Below are positions 1 through 7,851 of a stretch of 64,000 bases of DNA, piece after piece. The DNA is from a virus. How positions within the stretch are numbered: the first letter of the stretch is position 1; every line of letters begins with the position of its first letter. The notes below the pieces were generated by a model. It worked only from the letters and a program-made list of their open reading frames with translations. It searched no databases and had not been told where the DNA came from. The position numbers and the translations under genes were made by a program. The stretch lies in the IMG/VR virus record IMGVR_UViG_3300029913_000003, positions 64,001 through 128,000 of that record. One strand, 5' to 3'.

Positions 1-167
1 TCCAAATTTTAAAGCTATATTATGCGTTGGATTAGGATATGATATTTCAGGGTTGACTGATGAAAATATTAAAAATATTCTTGAAAATGAATTTGGTGAT
101 AAATCAAAAATGATATTAACAGCAATGAGATTAGCATTCAAATTTGGTAAATGCTCTAATGAATAAT
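1..167 (+). CDS. Hypothetical protein, 3' end only (continues upstream of window)
   Basis: Open frame from position 1 to the TAA at 165-167 (..LAFKFGKCSNE). Followed by a terminator hairpin. Confidence 0.35.
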
Positions 168-185
168 AAAATAATATTTATTAAA

Positions 186-216
186 AAAGTTCAAGTAAAT
201 TACTTGAACTTTTTTG
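186..216. terminator. Bidirectional intrinsic terminator (A-run, hairpin, T-run)
   Basis: aaaaaaGTTCAAGTAaatTACTTGAACtttttt lies between convergent genes. Confidence 0.5.
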
Positions 217-219
217 TTT

Positions 220-819
220 TTATAGTTTTCTATTTTTTATTTTGTAAAATTGAAAATCATTTGGTAAATTTTTATTTGGAAAATAATAAGTTAATGTATC
301 ATTAGTAGGCGATATTATTTGTTTGTAAAATCCATTAGGAACATGAGCACCAGATTTTAGAATTAATAAATTTCCAGTAAAATCTAATACAACTTTAACT
401 GTCAATTTTTTATATTTAGTAAATAGAGTAGTTCTTTCATAGTTTTCTAAATGTTCCCATGTTACTCTATTTAATGTATAATATTGCAAAGAGCAATTTA
501 AATATGAAAATGTTTCATATAAATGATTTTTAGTATCAGAAAAAGTTGCGGCTGGAGCTAAATGTCCTTTATCCCATACATTATTCAAATAATCCGCATT
601 AGTTGAAGTAATTATACCTGGAACTTCATAAAAATCCATTCCTGCTCTTGAAACATTCTTTGTCACATTAGTTATATAATAAATAACCCAATTAGGTTGC
701 TTATATACCTCATTGTATGATACAGTATAAATGTCGTTTTTGACTATAACATTAGTTCTTTGAGAAAAAGAAAATAATGTTGCAAACATAAAAATTAATA
801 ATATTGATAATTTTTTCAT
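220..819 (-). CDS. Secreted DNA/RNA non-specific endonuclease (EndoG/Serratia NucA family)
   Basis: N-terminal signal-peptide-like MKKLSILLIFMFATLFSFSQ. Has the DRGH-type active-site motif WDKGHLAPAATF and a downstream N..Q (SYLNCSLQ). Confidence 0.75.
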   Translation of the reverse strand: MKKLSILLIFMFATLFSFSQRTNVIVKNDIYTVSYNEVYKQPNWVIYYITNVTKNVSRAGMDFYEVPGIITSTNADYLNNVWDKGHLAPAATFSDTKNHLYETFSYLNCSLQYYTLNRVTWEHLENYERTTLFTKYKKLTVKVVLDFTGNLLILKSGAHVPNGFYKQIISPTNDTLTYYFPNKNLPNDFQFYKIKNRKL

Positions 820-877
820 AAGATTTTTTATTTTATATATTAATATATATAAGTATCAAAAATAAAATTTATAAAAT

Positions 878-1177
878 ATGAAATATATAAAAACTTTTGA
901 ATTCGTTAGCAGAGAAGTAGATTTACCAATAGGATATTATGTTATTCCTGCTCTTAAAGGAATAAATTATGATATTCAATATAAAAATAAAATCAGTAAT
1001 AATATTTTTCAAATAATAAATAAAAGTAAGACACAATTTAAAATTGATTTTAAAGATTATTATCATGAAGATGGGTTTTGGATTGACAAAAAAGATGTTT
1101 ATAAATTCTCAGGAAGTAAAAAAGTACTACAAGATAAATTGGAATTAATGAAACAAACGAATAAATTTAACTTATGA
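878..1177 (+). CDS. Family A tagged protein (N-term MKYIKTFE, C-term TNKFNL)
   Basis: Both conserved terminal tags are present. Its stop overlaps the next ATG (TTATGA). Confidence 0.6.
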   Translation: MKYIKTFEFVSREVDLPIGYYVIPALKGINYDIQYKNKISNNIFQIINKSKTQFKIDFKDYYHEDGFWIDKKDVYKFSGSKKVLQDKLELMKQTNKFNL

Positions 1178-1566
1178 TAACAAATTTTAAACTATATGAA
1201 ATAATAAAAAAATCTCCAACTAAAAAAGCATTAGCAAGAGATTATAAAATAGGAGATTATGTTATATGTGAATGTAAAACATCATTTACATTTCCTGAAC
1301 TTCCTGAACTTAATGAATTTACATTGAATAATATCGGACAAATAATAGATATTTTGGATATAAGAAGACGTAGTGATATTTATGTTGTTCAATTTGATTA
1401 TATTCCAGAAATATTAAGACCTGGATTCCAAATCAAATATAATAAAGCTGATATAAATAAAAAATATGAAAATTCAATAACTTTTAATAGAGAAGATATA
1501 AAATATTTATCAGATGATAAATCAGATTTAGAAACATTAATATCAGCAAATAAATTTAATTTATAA
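1174..1566 (+). CDS. Family A variant (N-term MITNFKLYE, GDYV core, C-term ANKFNL)
   Basis: C-terminal tag and GDYVI/NNIGQII core motifs match the family. The N-terminal variant is shared with ORF 50864. Confidence 0.55.
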   Translation: MITNFKLYEIIKKSPTKKALARDYKIGDYVICECKTSFTFPELPELNEFTLNNIGQIIDILDIRRRSDIYVVQFDYIPEILRPGFQIKYNKADINKKYENSITFNREDIKYLSDDKSDLETLISANKFNL

Positions 1567-1567
1567 T

Positions 1568-2107
1568 TTATTTATATAAAATATTTTTCATATTTTTTGC
1601 ATTATCTGATTGACCATCAAACGCTTCTACTTCCCAAGGACGTTGATCATAATTCATATCTGATATATCAACCACTTCATTCAACCATAAATATGCACCA
1701 CTTTTGCTAATGATTAATGTTTTATCATAATATTGTTTTAAATGAATTAATTCATGAGATAATATAGTAATATTTTGACTTCTATCATAATTTCCAATAA
1801 GAATATAATATATATCATTAGAATCCACTATATATGCTTTTAATTCAATATCTTCTCCATTAATTTCTTCTGATGTCTGTTGAATATTTTTAATTATAAC
1901 AGTTACGGTATCAATTTTAAGTGATCTTAGTCCTGATTCTACTATAGTATCTAAATATGATTTATTAGTTAAATTATAAATATGATGATATTTATAAAAT
2001 TCAATTTTATCAAATGGTTTATCTTTAACTGTAGATAATTTATAAATTATAAATGTAACTATTAGTAAAGATAAAATTATTATTCCAATTTTTATTATTT
2101 TGCTCAT
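1568..2107 (-). CDS. Putative membrane-anchored HExxH zinc metallopeptidase
   Basis: N-terminal transmembrane helix. HELIH motif with a downstream glutamate (RPWEVEAF). Confidence 0.4.
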   Translation of the reverse strand: MSKIIKIGIIILSLLIVTFIIYKLSTVKDKPFDKIEFYKYHHIYNLTNKSYLDTIVESGLRSLKIDTVTVIIKNIQQTSEEINGEDIELKAYIVDSNDIYYILIGNYDRSQNITILSHELIHLKQYYDKTLIISKSGAYLWLNEVVDISDMNYDQRPWEVEAFDGQSDNAKNMKNILYK

Positions 2108-2631
2108 TTGTGAGTTATTTTTTTTAAAGATTCAATTATTAAATTTATATTAGCATTAATCCAACCGCATAATTGATTAGATATTATATTCTCAGTTTCT
2201 CTATCCTTTTTAGCTAAATTTAACCAATATGATAAAGGTTTTACTGCTAAATTATATTTATTACCACCTAACCATAAAGAATTGATTGTAGCAGAATATT
2301 TATTTGTTGATCTATTTATTCCATTTGGATTAACTTCTATGTTTTTTATTACATTAAATATAGTATTTGTAGGATCTGATTTTTTTAATTGAATTATCAT
2401 TGCTTCATCTTCAATAATCTCATCATTAATGAGTCTATTTAGAGAATTTATTGATATTATTGATTTAGTAACTACTTGTTCAGTTAATTTACCAATAGGT
2501 AATAATAAATTTTTAAGTTGTTCTATTAATTTATTTGCTTTTATTCCTGCGTTATACCTAGTATTTTCAGGAGTAAAACCATCAGTTAGTACATCTTCAT
2601 TGTATTTATCAAAACTTTTTATATTTTTCAT
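2104..2631 (-). CDS. Hypothetical protein
   Basis: 175-aa ORF. Overlaps the downstream gene by 4 nt (ATGA). Confidence 0.4.
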   Translation of the reverse strand: MKNIKSFDKYNEDVLTDGFTPENTRYNAGIKANKLIEQLKNLLLPIGKLTEQVVTKSIISINSLNRLINDEIIEDEAMIIQLKKSDPTNTIFNVIKNIEVNPNGINRSTNKYSATINSLWLGGNKYNLAVKPLSYWLNLAKKDRETENIISNQLCGWINANINLIIESLKKITHK

Positions 2632-2664
2632 AATACCATATATATTAAAAAATAAAAATCAAAT

Positions 2665-2838
2665 ATGCAGGACGATAAAAAATGGTTAGAAGATATTAAT
2701 GACGATATGATATGTGAAGTTTGTGGGCATAAAAATAAAAATTGTACATGTAAAACTCAAAGAACTAATAATATAATTATGACAATTGGCGTTATTCTTC
2801 TTGTGTTAGCTTTTCTTGCATTAGAATTTTTAGTATAA
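2665..2838 (+). CDS. Small Cys-containing C-terminally membrane-anchored protein (57 aa)
   Basis: ATG at 2665 to TAA at 2836-2838. CEVCGHKNKNCTC motif and a hydrophobic C-terminal helix. Below the ORF-track cutoff. Confidence 0.3.
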   Translation: MQDDKKWLEDINDDMICEVCGHKNKNCTCKTQRTNNIIMTIGVILLVLAFLALEFLV

Positions 2839-2854
2839 AAATAAAATAAATAAT

Positions 2855-3184
2855 ATGATTAAAGTTTATATTGCATCTCCTTATACAAAAGGAGATCCTG
2901 CAGTTAATGTCAAAACTCAAATTGATATGGCAGATGAATTAATAAATAAAGGATTTGCGCCATTCGTTCCATTATATTTCCATTTTCAACATATGCATCA
3001 TCCCAGACCATATGAAGATTGGTTGAAATTAGATTTAGAATGGATAAAAAGTTGTGATTGTATATTAAGATTACCAGGAGAATCAAGCGGAGCAGATAAA
3101 GAAGTTGATTTTGCAACTAATAATGATACATTAGTATTTTTCTCAATGAAAGATTTATGTTTTTATTACGATATAGAATATTAA
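2855..3184 (+). CDS. Nucleoside 2-deoxyribosyltransferase-like (DUF4406-like) protein
   Basis: Pattern VYIASPYT ... W...LEWIKSCDCILRLPGESSGADKEVDFA resembles the DUF4406/NDT-like fold. The call is by recall only. Confidence 0.4.
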   Translation: MIKVYIASPYTKGDPAVNVKTQIDMADELINKGFAPFVPLYFHFQHMHHPRPYEDWLKLDLEWIKSCDCILRLPGESSGADKEVDFATNNDTLVFFSMKDLCFYYDIEY

Positions 3185-3300
3185 TTTATTGATATATAAA
3201 TATTTAAAAAATATTTTAAAATTTAACACTAAAATATTTGGTGATATGAAAACTTTTAGTAATTTTGCATCACAAACAAAAACAAATGTAATTATTTACA

Positions 3301-3345
3301 ATCAAATCAACTAAGAAAAATAATAAATATCTTAGTTGATTTGAT
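3301..3345. repeat. Perfect 15-bp inverted repeat (hairpin)
   Basis: atcaaatcaactaag ...15 nt... cttagttgatttgat. Confidence 0.5.
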
Positions 3346-3497
3346 AATTTAATAAGAGGACTTGAAAAAAATTTCAAAACTTTAACATTAAATATTTGGT
3401 GAAATGAAAACATTTTTATAATTTTATTCTACAATAAAAAAACAAAAATTTTTAAGTAATAGTATTGAAAAAAAAAAACTTCAAAACTTTATCATTA

Positions 3498-3533
3498 AAT
3501 ATTTGGTAAAACAAAAAACTTTTTGTAATTTTA
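3498..3533 (+). promoter_or_regulatory. Promoter-like unit (-33 TTTG, ~20 nt spacer, -7 TAATTTTA)
   Basis: Matches the Bacteroidetes sigma-A consensus TTTG-N19-21-TAnnTTTG, with one mismatch in the -7 box. Confidence 0.4.
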
Positions 3534-3550
3534 TTCTACAACAAAAAATA

Positions 3551-3568
3551 TCAAGTAAGAGTACTTGA
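3551..3568. promoter_or_regulatory. Palindromic operator-like site TCAAGTAAGAGTACTTGA
   Basis: Perfect 7-bp half-sites, located about 25 nt upstream of a promoter-like unit. Recurs at 4873-4888, 5182-5199 and 5925-5942. Confidence 0.35.
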
Positions 3569-3594
3569 GAAAAAAAGTTCAAAACTTTAACATT

Positions 3595-3631
3595 AAATAT
3601 TTGGTAAAACAAAAAACTTTTTGTAATTTTG
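3595..3631 (+). promoter_or_regulatory. Promoter-like unit (-33 TTTG; -7 TAATTTTG)
   Basis: Full match to TAnnTTTG, preceded by TTTG at about 20 nt. Confidence 0.45.
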
Positions 3632-3703
3632 AACTACAACATCAAAAGAAAAGTAATTATAAAAATTATATTTTAATTGAAAAAAAGTAGAAAAAACTTT
3701 CAA

Positions 3704-3740
3704 AAATATTTGGTAAAACAAAAAACTTTTTGTAACTTTG
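3704..3740 (+). promoter_or_regulatory. Promoter-like unit (-7 TAACTTTG)
   Basis: Same repeated core as the other units. Confidence 0.45.
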
Positions 3741-3813
3741 AACTACAATTCAAAAAGAAATATAGTTTTAAAAAATTAAATTTCAATTGAAAAAAGTTCA
3801 AACTTTAACATTA

Positions 3814-3850
3814 AAATATTTGGTAAAACAAAAAACTTTTTGTAACTTTG
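3814..3850 (+). promoter_or_regulatory. Promoter-like unit (-7 TAACTTTG)
   Basis: Same repeated core. Followed by hairpin RNA-like unit 3890-3958. Confidence 0.45.
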
Positions 3851-3889
3851 AACTACAATAAAAAACAAATCAAACTTCAGATTGAAAAA

Positions 3890-3958
3890 AATCTAATGGT
3901 ACAAAAACCAACTCAAAGCTTGCGAGAGTATAGATAGTGCAAATGAACACACTTAGAT
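3890..3958 (+). repeat. GC-enriched ~70-nt hairpin unit (candidate small RNA), diverged copy
   Basis: atctaatggtacaaaaacc..aagcttgc..atagtgcaaatgaacacacttagat. Terminal ATCTAA/TTAGAT inverted ends. Confidence 0.35.
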
Positions 3959-4167
3959 TAATGTAATAATAATTTAGTAGTAAGGAAACAAACTTTAATC
4001 TTGAAAAAGTTTATAGTGAAACTTGAAAATAAATTTAATATTACAAAAGTAAATATAGTAAGTTCAAACTTACTGTTTCTAATCTGTGAAGATAAAAAGG
4101 ACTGAAAATGATTTGATTTTTATTTACTCTTGTAAACGTACTTGAGAAAAAATAGAAAATACTTTCA

Positions 4168-4205
4168 AAAATATTTGGTAAAACAAAAAACTTTTTGTAA
4201 ATTTA
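4168..4205 (+). promoter_or_regulatory. Promoter-like unit (-7 TAAATTTA)
   Basis: Same core. Followed by the GC-elevated block starting near 4255. Confidence 0.4.
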
Positions 4206-4254
4206 TTCTATAATAATTTAAATCAAAAAATCAGATTTAAACAAGAAATATCAG

Positions 4255-4760
4255 CGAGATTTGCGCTCTGAGTGTATATATTTATAAGAAAATATATATC
4301 AACCAGATGAATGAGAAGCTCATAGTGGTGAGTCAATGATAAGATTATAATCTTAAATAATCAATATTATCAAAGATAGACAGTCCATTGAAACAGATAT
4401 ATAAGACATGTAGAACTTATCTTGTTATAAATATACAAAGCAACCACACCGTGGAGATTGAATATTGGAATTAAATTTCGAATATGATAAAATCCTAATG
4501 TTAGATGAGACGTGACTAACTACTTTCATTCCACTACAAGGACTGATTATTGATTAAATTATAAAATGTTGGAGATAAGCACACAGGGTGCATCATTATT
4601 AGAATAATCTAATTTGAAGGGGCAAGTGTCAATGACACAAGGTTCAATTCCTTCTATCTTCACTATGAATATTGATTTCAACACTGAAAATCAGAACTTG
4701 TTCTGAAAGTAAGTTCCACTATTGATATTCATAACCAACAACAAGCGAGTTTTGGTTAAA
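4255..4760. ncRNA. Candidate structured non-coding RNA (GC-elevated, ORF-free ~0.5 kb)
   Basis: GC clearly above the surrounding sequence. No ORFs. T-loop-like hairpin AAGG-TTCAATT-CCTT at about 4620-4637. Flanked by a 7-nt complementarity AGATAGA (4380) / TCTATCT (4641). Confidence 0.25.
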
Positions 4761-4913
4761 TAATAAATATTAAAAAATGTATATTAATTAATTGAAATCT
4801 CTTGAAAAAGAGCTGTTAATTTAAATAATATGATTTAATAACATTATTTAATCAAAATTCCTTGGATAAAAACAAGTAGGAGTACTTGAAAAATAGTTCA
4901 AACTTTAACATTA

Positions 4914-4950
4914 AAATATTTGGTAAAACAAAAAACTTTTTGTAAATTTG
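4914..4950 (+). promoter_or_regulatory. Promoter-like unit (-7 TAAATTTG)
   Basis: Same core. Followed by hairpin unit 4994-5062. Confidence 0.45.
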
Positions 4951-4993
4951 AACTACAATAAAAAAGAAAATCATAATTCAGATTTAATAGATA

Positions 4994-5062
4994 ATCTAAT
5001 GGGATAAAAACCACCTTGAAGCTTGCAAAAGGAAAGATAGTGCAATTAAACACTCTTAGATT
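4994..5062 (+). repeat. GC-enriched ~70-nt hairpin unit (candidate small RNA)
   Basis: Contains ccaccttgaagcttgcaaaagga. Confidence 0.35.
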
Positions 5063-5181
5063 GATAATGATAATAATCGTAAGATTATTAAATTACAAGA
5101 ATAAATATGATAAATGAAAATTTATTTTTTCTAAGCTGAGAAGCTAAAAGAACTGATAAAAGATTTTTTTTAATACTCATT

Positions 5182-5199
5182 TCAAGTAAGAGTACTTGA
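5182..5199. promoter_or_regulatory. Palindromic operator-like site TCAAGTAAGAGTACTTGA
   Basis: Identical copy of the palindrome at 3551-3568. Confidence 0.35.
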
Positions 5200-5221
5200 A
5201 AAAAATGTAGAAAAAATTCAA

Positions 5222-5258
5222 AAATATTTGGTAAAACAAAAAACTTTTTGTAATTTTG
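5222..5258 (+). promoter_or_regulatory. Promoter-like unit (-7 TAATTTTG)
   Basis: Same core. An upstream palindrome lies at 5182-5199. Confidence 0.45.
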
Positions 5259-5367
5259 TACTTAATAAATAATAATCATCTAATTGAAACTAGTTTATTG
5301 CTTCCATGTGATACTTCAATTTATGATTAGTAAGATTATTATTAATTTAAAAAAGTATAAAAATTCA

Positions 5368-5405
5368 AAAATATTTGGTAAAACAAAAAACTTTTTGTAA
5401 ATTTG
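5368..5405 (+). promoter_or_regulatory. Promoter-like unit (-7 TAAATTTG)
   Basis: Same core. Followed by hairpin unit 5465-5522. Confidence 0.45.
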
Positions 5406-5464
5406 GACTACAATAATGAAACAAATCAAATTTCAGATTGAAGCAATAAAAATATAATGGTACA

Positions 5465-5522
5465 AAAACCACCTTGAAGCTTGCAAAAGGAGATAGTGCA
5501 AATGAACACAACTTATATATTA
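5465..5522 (+). repeat. GC-enriched hairpin unit (candidate small RNA)
   Basis: Same core sequence as 4994-5062. Confidence 0.35.
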
Positions 5523-5544
5523 AGTATCTTGCTGAAACAATTAA

Positions 5545-5612
5545 AATCTAATGGGATAGAAACCACCTTGAAGCTTGCAAAAGGAGATAGTGCAATTAAA
5601 CACACTTAGATA
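5545..5612 (+). repeat. GC-enriched hairpin unit (candidate small RNA)
   Basis: Near-identical to 5639-5706. The tandem period is about 95 nt. Confidence 0.4.
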
Positions 5613-5638
5613 TTAAATATTGTATAAGTAACTAAAAA

Positions 5639-5706
5639 ATCTAATGGGATAGAAACCACCTTGAAGCTTGCAAAAGGAGATAGTGCAATTAAACACACTT
5701 AGATAT
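5639..5706 (+). repeat. GC-enriched hairpin unit (candidate small RNA)
   Basis: Near-identical tandem copy of 5545-5612. Confidence 0.4.
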
Positions 5707-5756
5707 TAATGAAATTGAAAAAGTAATAAAAATAATCAAAGGCAATAGCCACCTTG

Positions 5757-5792
5757 AAGCTTGCAAAAGGAGAGATTAATATTACAAAAGTA
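5757..5792 (+). repeat. Truncated copy of the hairpin unit
   Basis: agccaccttgaagcttgcaaaaggagag. Confidence 0.3.
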
Positions 5793-5979
5793 AATATTGC
5801 AAAAGTAATAAAAATTCAAGGATTTATATTACAAGAGTAGATATAATGAACATAACCAAATGTTTATTGTTCCAATGATAAAGTTCTGTGAAGAACAAAG
5901 GACTGAAATAGATTTGTGACATTTTCAAGTAAAAGTACTTGAACTTTTAAAACAACATGAATTAATATAAAATTATGTA

Positions 5980-6950
5980 GGTTGAAATTCCAGGAAAGTG
6001 GATCAATAATGAGCAGAAAGTTAATGTCTTTCTATCGCTTTTGTTAAGTCTTATTTAAAATTCTTCTATATTAATTCTGTTGTTTTTTTAAAGCGTTCTT
6101 TGTAAAATTGAAAATATTTGGCTGTCTGTAGTCATAAATAAACTACGAAAGTAGTATAAAGTGAGTTATAGTTGTTTCTATAACTTGCGGTATTAAATGT
6201 GCAGTTGATTTTATTTTTTCGGAAATAAAATTAATTGTAAACAATAATACTTGAGCAGACAATCAGGATATCATTAAACCTTGATTATCGAGGGTAACAC
6301 TGTAGAGAAAGTGGTTTAATGCAAAGGCTATGTGGGTAGTCTGAGTGAGATGGGAACATCAATAAGAATAACCTGAAGGATTATTGCAAGAAATACGATT
6401 TCCAGTTGTGTAATTGCGTTATCCAATATAAAAGTTGACTTAAAACCGAAAGGTAAATTAGATTGTAATACAATGTACAGGTGGTGCTGTAATTAAGGTT
6501 ACCTTAACATTACCAAGTGTTACGAGAGTATCTTAGTTGACTTAAAATATGGAGGTAGGGATATCTCAGAGAGTAGTTTAGTATAGCTCAGTTCAAAAGA
6601 TTGAGAAGCTGGTTGTCGAACCACTACTTTCATCATCCACAAAACAAACTTTAACTGCAAATTTAATGCAAATTAAAATAAACAAATAAAGGAAAAGAGT
6701 TCGACTGTTGTTAGTGATAGGTGACTACTAGTTATGAGAAGCAATTCGTCGTAGCCGTGAAAGACCCCAAGTCCAACATGATTTTTAAGAAAGTTCTCTA
6801 AATCCGCAAGATTTAATCTGGAAGGCATTCTAGATGAGTAATGATTATTAAGAGAGTAATTAACAACAAAAGGAGTGGTGAATCTAATTGACCGTCATTG
6901 GAGGAGTACCAATTCAAAAGATTGGTGGAAAAGAAGCAGAAAAAATAATA
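5980..6950. ncRNA. Candidate large structured non-coding RNA (GC-elevated, ORF-free ~1 kb)
   Basis: About 35-40% GC by eye against about 25% around it. No ORF of 60 aa or more on any frame. Many short GC-rich helices. A tRNA-like D-loop/T-loop pair (TAGCTCAGTT ... GGTTGTCGAACC) near 6580-6635. Confidence 0.3.
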
Positions 6951-6999
6951 GTTTCTAAAGTTCTTCTCTATAATGCTGTATTCTCAAGCAATATAAAAT

Positions 7000-7040
7000 A
7001 AAAATCCTATCTAATTGAAAAATTAGATAGGATTTTTTAT
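7000..7040. terminator. Bidirectional intrinsic terminator
   Basis: aaaATCCTATCTAATTgaaaaAATTAGATAGGATtttttt. Confidence 0.55.
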
Positions 7041-7085
7041 TTATAAGCTATTTCACTTATAAATACACTTTATAAGTTATTTCAC

Positions 7086-7397
7086 TTATAAATTGAATTT
7101 GTTTGCATCTTGTTTTAATTTATAATCTTTCATAAATTCTTCAACTTCGTCGTCAATAACTATATATTCTCTGTTTTTTAAACATAATCTATCATCCACG
7201 TACTTTCCTTTTTGATCTAGATACACTCCAACATCACCATTACAGGAACCAAATGGATGAGTAAGAGTACCAGTTAAATACTCATCATCCTCTTTAAATT
7301 TGATTTTAGTGCCTACTGGATATTTAGATCTACCTGCTAATATAACATCATCATCTAACATTGTAAATTGATGCTCATTAAATTTTAGTATTTTCAT
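7086..7397 (-). CDS. Family A variant (N-term MKILKFNE, C-term ANKFNL)
   Basis: C-terminal tag present. Start taken at the ATG at 7397 (MKILKFNEHQ), not at the upstream ORF-track start. Confidence 0.5.
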   Translation of the reverse strand: MKILKFNEHQFTMLDDDVILAGRSKYPVGTKIKFKEDDEYLTGTLTHPFGSCNGDVGVYLDQKGKYVDDRLCLKNREYIVIDDEVEEFMKDYKLKQDANKFNL

Positions 7398-7401
7398 ATT
7401 A

Positions 7402-7851
7402 CTATATATTAAATTTTTTAGCATTAAATATATCAGGATGATTTATCTCTAACCATTTGTTATATTCATCTAAATTGTTATAAGGTAGGTTATTACCTTC
7501 ACATACTAATATTTCTAATGTCTCTGGTAATAATGGTAACTCAGATAAATTATTATTACTACAATTTAATGTCTTTAATGAATATGGTAATGTCGGCAAT
7601 TCTTTTAAATTATTAGAATAGCAAAATATTTTTTTTATTGAGTGCGGTAAAGTAGGTAACTCACGCAAAACATTATTAAAACAAGATAATATCTCTAATG
7701 TCTCTGGTAATGTTGGCAATTCTTTTAAATTATTATTATAGCAATATAATTCTGTTGTTGTATCTGGAATATTTGATATTATAAATAATCCTTTATCATT
7801 TAATGTCAATACATTATCCATTATATGTTCAAATGTTTTTATATATTTCAT
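7402..7851 (-). CDS. Family A protein with leucine-rich repeats (LxxLPxLP type)
   Basis: N-terminal MKYIKTFE, C-terminal AKKFNI. Five tandem copies of NNLKELPTLPETLEIL. Confidence 0.65.
   Translation of the reverse strand: MKYIKTFEHIMDNVLTLNDKGLFIISNIPDTTTELYCYNNNLKELPTLPETLEILSCFNNVLRELPTLPHSIKKIFCYSNNLKELPTLPYSLKTLNCSNNNLSELPLLPETLEILVCEGNNLPYNNLDEYNKWLEINHPDIFNAKKFNI

Larger units (their letters stand above)
3190..5950. repeat. ORF-free array of ~100-nt repeat units (promoter-like core, palindrome, hairpin RNA-like unit)
   Basis: At least 10 copies of the core aaatatttggtaaaacaaaaaactttttgtaa(a/c/t)tttg. The palindrome TCAAGTAAGAGTACTTGA recurs. No ORF of 60 aa or more is present. Confidence 0.7.

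Noticed and set aside
3551-3568. The TCAAGTAAGAGTACTTGA hairpins as intrinsic terminators
   Set aside because: Each is followed by an A-run, not a T-run, on the plus strand, and preceded by no U-tract on the minus strand. The geometry fits a protein-binding palindrome better than a terminator.
4378-4650. tmRNA (ssrA)
   Set aside because: The T-loop-like hairpin and 7-nt end complementarity are suggestive, but I could not find a tag-peptide reading frame ending in a hydrophobic ..AA-stop, and the 5' D-loop analogue is unconvincing. Kept only as a structured-RNA candidate.
3190-5950. A CRISPR array in the repeat region
   Set aside because: Repeat units are about 100 nt with promoter-like content. 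The intervening segments are themselves repeated and similar, not unique spacers. No cas genes are present. The short palindromes are operator-like, not CRISPR repeats.
5980-6950. rRNA fragment or a mitochondrial or plastid genome
   Set aside because: No recognisable 16S/23S conserved blocks. The surrounding gene content (gp32, methyltransferases, GIY-YIG) and the bacterial-type terminators argue for a phage.
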